Assembly: GCA_963796635.1 (NCBI GenBank)
Contig: CAWCMH010000001.1
Coordinates: 11,709 to 75,708, forward strand
DNA: 64,000 bases
Origin: an uncultured Gemmatimonadales bacterium
Lineage (GTDB): Bacteria; Gemmatimonadota; Gemmatimonadetes; Gemmatimonadales; GWC2-71-9
Reading direction: 5' to 3'
Part shown: positions 20,240 through 29,565 of the stretch, in pieces
Position numbering within the stretch: position 1 is the stretch's first letter
How the letters are laid out: each line of letters starts with the position of its first letter
Notes under the pieces: generated by a model
Database searches by the model: none
Seen by the model: the letters and a program-made list of their open reading frames with translations, nothing else
What the model was told of the DNA's origin: nothing
Position numbers and translations under genes: made by a program

Positions 20240-21043
20240 TCAGCTCTTCTTGATGCGCCGACGAAGCGAGGCCCCGCCCAGACCGACCAGACCCATCGCC
20301 ATCAGCGACATGGTCATCGGCTCGGGGGTGAAGCCCTGCGGGCCGCCGCCGTTGTTGGCGTAGATGCCGATCAGCAGGTCCTGGTAGTCGCCATCGGAAT
20401 AGCCGGTGGTTGACTTGCTTCCGGAGGCCATTGCCGGTATAGAGGTCCTCGAAGCCGACGATGAACTGACCGCCACCGGCGCCGAGCGTAGCGCCGCCGA
20501 GTCCGAACAGCGCGAACTGGCTGCCGGCGTTGGAGAACACCTCAGTGCCGTCGGTCAGCACCGATGTCAGGCGAACGGATCGAATGCACTGTTCCGGCCA
20601 GAGGACAGTCGCCCAACGTAGTGGTGTTGCACGTCGTTCCGATCCGTGCTGATGCCCCAGTCGATTCCGCGCCTGGACGTCGAGCCGGCTGCGACGATAC
20701 CGATGCAGTTGAAGTGTACGTGCCCGCGCTGAACGTGAAGTCAGGCGACGCATCGTATCCGCTCGGCAATGCGTTGGCGCCGGTGAATCGCCGTTCGCGT
20801 CGGAGAGCCGTATACGGCAGCCAACCGGTCGGGTGCTGGTTGTTGCAGGTCGTAGCCTGCGCTGCCAGCCGTCCCGTTGAGGACGTAACCCGATGTTGCA
20901 GTTCGTGCCGTCCCACGACAGGTTATCCAAGAAGCGGTCTGGCTGTTATCGGCAGGTGGCGCGCCGTTGACCCACTGGGCCTGCGCGGAAACTACGGTGC
21001 CGCCGACAAGGGCGGCGACGATCAAGGCTGACAAACGCTTCAT
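20240..21043 (-). pseudogene. PEP-CTERM sorting-domain protein (exosortase substrate) with DUF4114-like FED...DGDY.D region; at least 5 frame changes
   Basis: Signal peptide MKRLSALIVAALVGGTVVSAQA (ORF 20741..21043). Internal pieces LDNLSWDGTNCNIG, FTGANALPSGYDASPDFTFSAGTYTS, LTDGTEVFSNAGSQFALFGLGGATLGAGGGQFIVGFEDLYTGNG sit in other frames. C-terminus GYSDGDYQDLLIGIYANNGGGPQGFTPEPMTMSLMAMGLVGLGGASLRRRIKKS = PEP motif + TM + basic tail (ORF 20240..20476). Confidence 0.75.
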
Positions 21044-21080
21044 GATGGCCTACACTCGGGTTGAGGACGGCCGCCATAGA

Positions 21081-21096
21081 AGCAAGCCGCGCGCCA
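21081..21096 (-). promoter_or_regulatory. sigma-54 (-24/-12) promoter candidate TGGCGC-GCGGC-TTGCT for the PEP-CTERM gene
   Basis: Reverse complement of AGCAAGCCGCGCGCCA. Exact TGGC..N7..TTGC with GG-N10-GC spacing. About 40 nt upstream of ATG 21043, intergenic, correct strand. Confidence 0.55.
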
Positions 21097-21127
21097 GTCC
21101 GGCGGCGGTGGACATGGTGTCGCTATC

Positions 21128-21151
21128 TGCTTGCAAATGAACAGCTTGCAA
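21128..21151. promoter_or_regulatory. direct repeat GCTTGCAAA-N6-GCTTGCAAA (each containing palindromic TTGCAA), candidate activator site upstream of the PEP-CTERM sigma-54 promoter
   Basis: Read directly. 15-bp start-to-start spacing, roughly -57 to -80 relative to the predicted start site. Confidence 0.35.
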
Positions 21152-21352
21152 AAATCCATCACCGATCGCGCTGGCCGCGCCGTAGCGGCCGCGCAACAAC
21201 AGTTGTCGTTGGGCGGCCATAGGGTTCGGCGTCGACCGCGAACCGACCTCCTGGCGGCCCACCGCGCCGTGACGAGCGGGGGTCTTGATTTGCCCGCTGC
21301 CCGATTACATTAGCCGCACCGCGATCGTTGTTCTCGCATCACAATTGAAGCA

Positions 21353-21493
21353 CGCTGCTCAGAGCACTGTTGGGGAAACCTGACTTCGCAGAGCCAGGGG
21401 GCTACCGCACCGTACGGTGCCATGCCTGCCCAGCCGCCAGCGACTACGCCCGCAAGGGTCACTGTCACGTCGGTGCGCCGGCGGAGGTGTGCT
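21353..21493 (+). promoter_or_regulatory. conserved structured 5' leader, copy 2
   Basis: Homolog of 18568..18710. Hairpins GUUGGG-GAAA-CCUGAC (21369-21384), GCACCGUACGGUGC (21407-21420), GCCC-GCAA-GGGU (21448-21459). GGAGG Shine-Dalgarno 6 nt before GTG 21494. Confidence 0.45.
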
Positions 21494-21904
21494 GTGCAGC
21501 TTGTGCGTTTCACCCCCTTGCTGTTGCTCGCGGCCGCGGCGGCATGCGGCAGCGAACCCGGCACGAATGCGTCGGCCAGCAGTACGTCGATCACGCCCAC
21601 CGCGGGGTGGTTGACGGTGCGGCTCATCACGCCACACACCAATGACGGCGCGGTCCAGCTGGCGGTGACCGGCCCGACGGTCGACAGCGTGGCGATGGTT
21701 GGCTACGACGGATTCGCTGCGCGAACGGACGATGCGGTTGACATCGTGGTCGACGGCGCGATCGTCAGCGGCGACATTGCCCGCATTCATGTGCCCGACC
21801 TTTCGGTCGCCAGTGACTATCGGGCCACCGTGTCTGCTGCCGCGATGCGCGACAGTTATCAACTCCAATCGATTGATGAATACCGCGCGGTCGTCGAACC
21901 GTGA
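21494..21904 (+). CDS. small hypothetical lipoprotein, paralog B
   Basis: VQLVRFTPLLLLAAAAACGS lipobox. Paralog of 18711..19118. Lies directly upstream of the S8 protease gene. Confidence 0.6.
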   Translation: MQLVRFTPLLLLAAAAACGSEPGTNASASSTSITPTAGWLTVRLITPHTNDGAVQLAVTGPTVDSVAMVGYDGFAARTDDAVDIVVDGAIVSGDIARIHVPDLSVASDYRATVSAAAMRDSYQLQSIDEYRAVVEP

Positions 21905-22327
21905 TCGTGGTTCACGACAGGCTGCCGCGTCGCGTGGATCGCACGTCGCTCGGCGACGCGAACCGGGTCGGTGCAAAGTGTGCGGCATCGCGAGTACGAA
22001 CGCTGCGCGTTGTCGATTCCGCGACGACCCAGCCTGCCGTGCCACGTACCGCGGGTCCCGGACGCCGTTTCTGTCAGGAGGTCAATGCCCAACTGATTGT
22101 CGTGCAATTGTTTATGCGCCGGTGTGGCGACGATGCATCACACGGTCGTGGTGCGTTCGTGACGTCGCTGAGTGGCGTACCAGCCACATGGTGGCAGATT
22201 GGTTCGCGATCTTATTCAAATCGCGGTATTGACGCCATACGGTTGGCGTTTTGATCCGCCGATAATACGCAATGCACGGTACTCGGGCCCCACACGGCAG
22301 GCCTGATATCTCATTGCCGAGGTAGAC

Positions 22328-25300
22328 ATGATCCGGAGTCGGTGGGGCATTGGCCCTGTCGTGGCGCTGCTGCTGTTGCCTTCGATCGCCAGCGCCCAGC
22401 AAGACCTGACGTCGTTGCACCGAGCCGTGGCTGCGGCGGGCGGGCGCGTGATCGTCACGCTCAAGAGCGGTGGGCATGGCGCCATGTTGCGCGTGCCGGG
22501 CTCGCCACCCGTGACCGCCGGACAGATGGCTTCGATCGAGACGCGGCTCACCCGGGTGCATCACATGCGGGTGCACAGTCGCGCCGCATTCATCGGCGCG
22601 CTGATGTCGGTGGTCGATGACTCCGACCTGGATCGCCTGGTGGCGGATTCCAACGTTGCGACCGTCGAGCCCGACGTCGCTGCCCCGCTGACATCGGTCG
22701 AATCACATGACGTTGCCGCACCGGTCACATCGGCCGCGACGCATGGCGTCGTGGTACCGGCGCGATTCGCGGCGGACGCGATTCCGTGGGGTGTCACCGA
22801 CGTCGGTGCGCCGCAGGCGTGGGCTGCGGGGATCACCGGCGCGGGCGTCAAGGTCGGCATCATGGATTCCGGCATCGATATCACGCATCCCGATCTGCAC
22901 GTCGTCGGTGGCCAGAGTTTTCAGACGGTCAACAACAATCCGTCGAACCTCAACGATGACGTCGCCAGCTGCGATGGGCACGGTACCCATGTCGCCGGCA
23001 TCGTGGCGGCGCTGCAGAACGGGGTCGGCGTGGTTGGTGTGGCGCCGGGTGCGTCGTTGTATGCGCTCAAGGTGTTCGAGGACGACGGCAGCGGGTGTGT
23101 CGCGTGGCTCAGCTCGCAGATCAACGCGCTGCAGTGGGCGGTGACCAACCATCTCGATGTCGTCAGCATCAGCATCGGCAACTCAGCAGTCGGCGCACTT
23201 ACGACTACGCCGTGGCGTCGGCGATCGCCGCGGGCGTGAACGTCGTGGCTGCCTCCGGCAACAACAACGGTGGAGCGATCGTGACTCCCGCCGCGTCGCC
23301 CGGTGCGATCGCGGTGGCCGCGCTCAATTCCGACAACTCCGTCGCCAGCTACTCCAATGCCGGCCCGCAGATGTGGGTCGCCGCACCGGGCACCAGCGTG
23401 GAGAGCACGCTGCCGGGCGGCACCTACGGGTACAAGTCGGGCACCTCGATGGCGACGCCGCACGTCACCGGCGTGGTGGCGCTGCTCAAGCAGGCCCACC
23501 CGACCTGGACTCCGGCGCAGATCCGCGCGCAGCTGGAGTCGAGCGCGGTCGACCTGTCGACGCCGGGCTTCGACAACGCCACCGGCTGGGGATTGGTGCA
23601 GGCCCCTGGTGGCACGCCGACGCCGTTGACACTCGCCGTGAGCCCGCAGAGCCGGAAAGCGACCGTGCAGCAAGGGAGCAGCGCGCCGAGCGATCAGGCA
23701 AGCGTCACGCTGAGCGGGACGAACGCGTCGACGACGGTGTGGACGGCCAGCAAGAAGAAGAGCTGGATCACGTTGACGACCGCGAGCGGCACCGGGAGTG
23801 GCACGGTGGCGTGGAGCCGGAACAGCAGCGCGCTTGCGGCCGGGACCTACGTCGACACGATCACGGTGTCGGCCACCGGAGCCACCGGATCGCCCGCCGT
23901 GGTCTACGACTCGCTGGTCGTGACACCGGTCGTGCCGGTGACGCTCGCGGTAGCGCCCGGCGCGCGCAGCGTGTCGGTGCAGCAGGGTGGCGCGGCAGCA
24001 GGATCGTCGGCGACCGTGACGTTGACCGGGACGAACGCGTCGACCACGGCATGGACCGCGACCAAGAAGAAGAGCTGGACCACGCTGACGACCAGCAGTG
24101 GCACCGGCAGCGGCACGGTGGCGTGGACGCGCAGTACGGTGCCGCTCAGCGTGGGCACGTACGTCGATACCATCACCGTCTCGGCGACCGGCGCCATCGG
24201 GTCGCCGACCGTGGTCTATGACACGATTCATGTGACCGCGGCTCCGGTGCCGGTGACGATTGCCGTGAGTCCGGCGGCGCGCAGTGCGACGATCCAGGCG
24301 GGGAGCAGCGCCCCGGCGACGAGTGTCGCGGTGACGCTGAGTGGCGACAATGCCGCGAGCACGTCGTGGTCGACGACGCACAAGGCGTCGTGGGTGACGC
24401 TCACGACGAGCAGCGGGACCGGCAGCGGCACGCTGGCCTGGAACCGCAATACCACCGCGCTGGGCGTGGGGACGTATGTCGACACATTACGGTGAGCGCC
24501 ACCGGCGCGGTGAACTCGCCGGTCAAGGTCTACGACACGCTGCATGTGACGGCGGCGCCGGTGCCGGTGACCATCGCCGTGAGTCCGGCCGCGCGCAGTG
24601 CGACGATCCAGGCGGGGAGCAGCGCGCCCAGCACGAGTGTGGCGGTGACGCTGAGTGGCGACAACGCCGCGAGCACGACGTGGTCGACGACGCACAAGGC
24701 GTCGTGGGTGACGCTCACGACGAGCAGCGGGACCGGCAGCGGCACGCTGGCCTGGAACCGCAATACCACCGCGCTGGGCGTGGGGACGTATGTCGACACA
24801 TTCACCGTGAGCGCCACCGGCGCGGTGAACTCGCCAGTCAAGGTGTACGACACGCTGCATGTCACTGCTGCCCCGGTACCTGTTACCATCGCCGTGAGCC
24901 CCGCTGCGCGGAGTGCGACGATCCAGGCGGGGAGCAGCGCCCCGGCGACGAGTGTCGCGGTGACGCTGAGTGGCGACAACGCCGCGAGCACGACATGGTC
25001 GACAACGCACAAGGCGTCGTGGGTGACCCTCACGACGAGCAGCGGGACCGGGAGCGGTACGCTGGCGTGGAATCGGAATACCACCGCGCTCGCCGCCGGC
25101 ACGTATGTTGACACGTTCACGGTGAGTGCGGCGGGTGCTGTCAATTCGCCGGTCACGGTCTTTGACACATTGCATGTGACGGCGGCGCCGGTGCCGGTCA
25201 CCATCGCCGTGAGCCCAGGGGCGCGCAGCGCCACCATTCAGGCGGGCAGCAGCGCGCCAAGCACCAGCGTCTCGGTGTCGATGGCGGGGACCAATGCGTG

Positions 25301-27341
25301 GAGCACCACCTGGTCGACGACCCACAAGGCCTCGTGGGTGGTCCTGACGTCAGGCACGGGCATGGGCAACGGGACGCTGGCATGGAGCCGAAGCACGACC
25401 GGGCTCGCGGCGGGTACCTACGTCGACACGTTGACCGTCAGCGCCAGTGAAGCGGTGAACTCGCCGGTCGTCGTGTTTGACACGTTGCACGTGACGGCGG
25501 CACCGGTGCCCGTCACGATCGCCGTGAGCCCTGCCGCGCGCAGTGTCACAATTCAGGCAGGAACCACCGCGCCCAACACCAGCGTCGCCGTGACGCTGAG
25601 CGGCGACAATGCTGCGACCACGGCATGGTCGACCACGCACAAGGCGTCGTGGGTGAGCCTCACGACGAGCAGCGGCACCGGCAGTGGGACGCTGGCGTGG
25701 AGCCGCAACGCGAGCGCGCTCAGCGTCGGCACCTACGTCGACACGCTGACCGTGAGTTCCGCGGGCGCGGTGAATTCGCCGATCGAGGTGTTCGACACGG
25801 TGCACGTGACGGCAGCGCCGGTGCCGGTGACGATCGCGGTGAGCCCCGCCGCGCGCAGCACCACGATTCAGGTCGGCAGCAGTGCGCCCAACACGAGCGT
25901 TGCCGTGACATTGAGCGGAACGAACGCCGGTACGACCACCTGGTCGACGACGCACAAGGCCGCCTGGGTGAGCATCACGACAGGCACCGGTACCGGCAGC
26001 GGTACGCTCGCCTGGACGAGGGAGGCGGCGAGTCTCAGCATCGGGACGTACGTCGATACGTTGACGGTGAGCGCCAGTGGTGCCGTGAATTCTCCAGTGC
26101 TGGTGTTCGACACCCTGCACGTCACGTCCATCCCGGTTCCGATCACGATTGCGGTCACGCCGATCAGTCACGGCGCCGCCGTGGTGCAGGGGAATCCCGC
26201 CCCGACTGGCAGCGCCAGCGTGTCGCTCGCCGGGACCAACGCGATCGCTGTCCCATGGACCGCGACGCACCATGCAGCCTGGCTGTCGCTGATGGCGGCA
26301 TCCGGGACCGGCAGCGGCAACGTCACGTGGCAGCGTAGTACGGCGGGCCTGCCCGTCGGTGTGCATGTCGATACCATCGAAGTGACTGCCGTCGGTGCGG
26401 TCGGGTCGCCTGCGTCGGTGGTCGACACGTTGCAGATCCTCGCGGCACCGCTGCCCCTGACCGTTGGCTTTACGCCGGGGACCCGGAGTGCGACGGTGAT
26501 GCAGGGCATGTCGGCCGCGGACCAGGCCGCCGTCACGTTCGCGGGCGACGGCGCCGATGCCGCGTCGTGGACGGCCACCAGCACCGCCACGTGGCTGTCG
26601 CTCAACAATGCTTCCGGCAATGGGTCGCAGACGCTGTCGTGGTCGTATCATGCGGCGCTGCTGCTGCCGGGATGGCACGTGGCGACCATCACGGTGACGA
26701 GTGGCGATGCCCAGGCAGTGCTGATCGATTCGCTGAACGTGACTGCGCTGGTGCGCTCGATCGCGCTCTTGCCGGCCGGGCGCCGGATCCGGTCGGTGCA
26801 CTTTGCCAACTCGGGCGCCCATCTAAGCTTGATCCCGATCGACTCGGCCCTGGTTCAGGGGACGGACCTCGACAGCACCAGCGATGATACCTGGATCGCG
26901 ACGGTCAGCACCGACCGGCTGCAGATCCAGACCGCCAGCGGCGCGGTCGGATCACACGTGGTCTGGGGCCGGCCACCGCAGGATCTGGCCAATGGCCTGT
27001 ACGTCGACACCGTGACCGTCACACTGGCCAGCGACGCGAGCCTGCAGGCGCAATTCATCGACTCACTGGACGTCGCCACGGTCGCGGCTCCGGAGCCCGG
27101 TGCGGCGGTGACCGACCTGTTCAGCGGGTCGAGCCTGACGGCCGACCAGCGCAGCGCGATGGACGCGCAGGGGAACAGCAACGGCCGCTACGATCTGGGC
27201 GACTTCCTGGCATGGGTGAGTCGCAATCACATCCAGCTGTCACCGGCCGTGGCGATGAAGCTGCGCACGGTCATGTCTACCACGCAGTCACCGCTGCCCC
27301 GGCCGGCGCAAACACTCAACACAACGAAGCCTCCGCAGTAG
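22328..27341 (+). pseudogene. giant secreted S8 (subtilisin-like) serine protease followed by 10-11 tandem BACON/Ig-like repeats and a dockerin/EF-hand-like C-terminal motif; two frame changes (about 23203 and 24487)
   Basis: Signal peptide. Catalytic D (VGIMDSGID), H (CDGHGTHVAG), S (SGTSMATPHVTG). Segments from ORFs 22328..23239, 23095..24495 and 24366..27341 join colinearly. The 24487 shift is a 1-nt loss that makes one repeat unit 314 instead of 315 bp. Confidence 0.85.
23605..27070 (+). repeat. in-frame tandem coding repeat, period 312-315 bp (104-105 aa), 10 clear units plus one degenerate unit
   Basis: Unit boundaries (codon of the H/V in (H/V)VT) at 23917, 24229, 24543, 24858, 25173, 25488, 25803, 26118, 26433, 26736. 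Units starting at 24229, 24543 and 24858 are near-identical at nucleotide level. Confidence 0.9.
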
Positions 27342-27355
27342 TTGCGGAGGCTTCG
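27325..27355. terminator. hairpin overlapping the protease stop codon (12-bp perfect arms), possible terminator between convergent genes
   Basis: CGAAGCCTCCGC-AGTAGTT-GCGGAGGCTTCG. A second hairpin GCCGACCGGTTCGGTCGGC follows at about 27357-27376. Confidence 0.45.
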
Positions 27356-27396
27356 GCGCCGACCGGTTCGGTCGGCGATCGACAGGGCGCCTGCGA

Positions 27397-28803
27397 TCAG
27401 CTGCTGGCGCCGGCGGCCGCGGCCACCGGTAGCGGATCCTCACGCATCGACTGATCGGGATTGACGCCCATCAATTGCAGGATGGTCGGCGCGACGCTCC
27501 GGAGCGGTACCCGCGTGGTGTGATGGTCATGCCGGCCGCCCGGCTGGCGGATCCACAGGATGCCATCGGGATGATGCATCCCGCTCTTGAGCCCGTCGGC
27601 CAGGTAGAACAGGTCGGCGAACGGGATCGGTGCAGACCCCGGTGCCTGCAACACAGGATTGCCGGCGAGCTGCTCGAAAATTCCGCACCCCACCATCAGG
27701 TCGTTGCCTTCGCGATGCACCCGCATCGCTTGCCGGCCGTCGACCGTGATCGCATTCAACTGGTCTGCGGCGGCTTGCGCGTCGGCCTCCGACTGGAACA
27801 GCAGGTGGAATTCCTCCGACATCACCGGCTGGATCTCATGATGCATCCTGAGGCCGGCCCAGCCGGTGAAGGCCTCGAACTTCTTCGGGCGGTAGAACAC
27901 CTTGCCACCCTGGTCTTCGTATTTGAGGCAGGGCTGCTGGCCGAGCGCTGACGCGAGGATCACGGTGTACTTGTCGGCGGCGAGTTTGAGCGCCTCTCCG
28001 ACGATGTGGTCCATCTGCTGGTACCCGTACAGCACGGCATTCTCGTACTCGGCCTGTTCGTCGTCACTGGGTTTCACCTGAAATGCTCCAGGATCCATGT
28101 TGCGCCAGTGCAGGTGCTGGAAGTGCGCCGTGCTGTTGAGAAAGAACGTGGCGAAATCAGGCCGCTCTCGCTTGAAGTACCAGCGGAACACATCCCATTG
28201 CAACCGGTCGAGCACCACCGCACGGCGCCAGCGGAACTTGCCCGTGGTGCGTTCGGTCAGCAGCTGCCGCGACAGATACGACACCGTCGAAAACGACAGC
28301 CCGTGGCCGAGCATGAATCGCAGGAATGCCAGGTAATCGGCGCGCGACAGCGGCACGCTCTCGTTGGTGTGTTCCTGCACGTTGACGCGGACGAAGTGCA
28401 GATATGGTGCGAACTCTTCGGCCGGGTGCGCGCGGGCCCCGACCGTCCACGGGTCGGGCAGCACCAGGCCGTTGAACGGTTCCTCGTAGCGCAGGTTCAT
28501 GCTGCCGCAGATCCAGCTCTTGAGGCCGTTGCGCGACAGCACGTCCCAGAGGCGGGGCTTGGTGCACTTGGGCCCGTCACCGAGAAAGAAGACGCCATGC
28601 TCGCCATACGACAGGCCGGTGTGCACGGTGACCCATTGAATCCACGGCTCGAGCGCTTCCTGCGCTTCCTGGGCATCGGTCACGTAAGTTTGAGATTGCT
28701 GGAACAGCCGCTTGAAGTTCGGCAGGTGCCCCTCGGACATGAACTGCTCGATCAGCGTTGGCGACAGCTCGTTGAATTCGAGCATGAGGACCGGGTTGGT
28801 CAT
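27397..28803 (-). CDS. alkaline-phosphatase-superfamily protein (type I phosphodiesterase/nucleotide pyrophosphatase-like), divergent
   Basis: MTNPVLMLEFNELSPTL...LPNFKRL...HTGLSYGEHGV...FFLNSTAHFQH...SGMHHPDGILW resembles the AlkP core. Start taken at ATG 28803 (MTNPV). Lower G+C (53-58% in counted lines) than the flanks. Confidence 0.5.
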   Translation of the reverse strand: MTNPVLMLEFNELSPTLIEQFMSEGHLPNFKRLFQQSQTYVTDAQEAQEALEPWIQWVTVHTGLSYGEHGVFFLGDGPKCTKPRLWDVLSRNGLKSWICGSMNLRYEEPFNGLVLPDPWTVGARAHPAEEFAPYLHFVRVNVQEHTNESVPLSRADYLAFLRFMLGHGLSFSTVSYLSRQLLTERTTGKFRWRRAVVLDRLQWDVFRWYFKRERPDFATFFLNSTAHFQHLHWRNMDPGAFQVKPSDDEQAEYENAVLYGYQQMDHIVGEALKLAADKYTVILASALGQQPCLKYEDQGGKVFYRPKKFEAFTGWAGLRMHHEIQPVMSEEFHLLFQSEADAQAAADQLNAITVDGRQAMRVHREGNDLMVGCGIFEQLAGNPVLQAPGSAPIPFADLFYLADGLKSGMHHPDGILWIRQPGGRHDHHTTRVPLRSVAPTILQLMGVNPDQSMREDPLPVAAAAGASS

Positions 28804-28856
28804 GGGGCATCTCCAGGAGAAATTCGGCTGACCTGAACGATGCAAGATCCGTGCTG

Positions 28857-28872
28857 TGGATCGGTTCTTGCG
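28857..28872 (+). promoter_or_regulatory. weaker sigma-54-like element TGGATC-GGTTC-TTGCG upstream of the acetyltransferase gene
   Basis: GG-N10-GC with exact TTGC. The -24 half matches 4 of 6. Embedded in an imperfect palindrome GCAAGATCC..GGATC..TCTTGC. Confidence 0.3.
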
Positions 28873-28977
28873 CAGCCAGCCGGTGGAGAAAGATGCACCG
28901 GTGAGGCGCGGTGGGCACAGGGAAGCGACGTCGCCCCTGTGGCGTCGCGGAACCGAGCTGACAAGGGGTGGAGACCG

Positions 28978-29565
28978 ATGGCGTGGGTGGGTGGTGAGAT
29001 CCGGAACGACCTGCGCCTGAAGGCGCGCTGGAATTACGGCACCGACCGTGGCATTGGCACCGCGTTGCGGGTGCTGCTGACCGACGGGTCGATGGCGATC
29101 GTGCTGTACCGGATCATGCAGTGGTCACGCCGCTACCACCTCACGCCGCTGGAGTTCCTCGCCAATCGCCTCAACGGCATCTTCTGCAACTGCTACATCG
29201 GGCGGGGCGCCGAATTCGGCTCGGGGTTCGTGCTGCTGCACGCCGACGGCGTGGTGATCAATCGGCTGGTGCGCGGCGGGAGCAACATCTACATCGAACA
29301 CCAGGTGACGATTGGTGCCGATCGCGGCACGTCGCCGCAGCTGGGCAACGACATCTTCATCGGCGCCGGCGCCAAGGTGCTCGGCCCGATCACGATGGGC
29401 GACGGTGCGCGGGTGGGAGCCAACGCGGTGGTGGTGCGTGACGTGCCGGCCTACGCGACGGTGGTCGGCGTCCCGGCCAAAGTGGTGCGCCAGCGACACG
29501 CCGGAGACGGCGATACGCTGGCCCGGCTGGGGTCGACGGAGCAGTGGGACGACGAGGCGCGCTAG
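28978..29565 (+). CDS. serine O-acetyltransferase-like hexapeptide-repeat acyltransferase (EPS-locus type)
   Basis: RIMQWSR..LANRLNGIFCNCYIGRGAEFGSGFVLLHADGVVIN...IGAGAKVLGPITMGDGARVGANAVVVRDVPAYATVVGVPAKVV. AAGGGGTGGAG Shine-Dalgarno before ATG 28978. Confidence 0.75.
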   Translation: MAWVGGEIRNDLRLKARWNYGTDRGIGTALRVLLTDGSMAIVLYRIMQWSRRYHLTPLEFLANRLNGIFCNCYIGRGAEFGSGFVLLHADGVVINRLVRGGSNIYIEHQVTIGADRGTSPQLGNDIFIGAGAKVLGPITMGDGARVGANAVVVRDVPAYATVVGVPAKVVRQRHAGDGDTLARLGSTEQWDDEAR

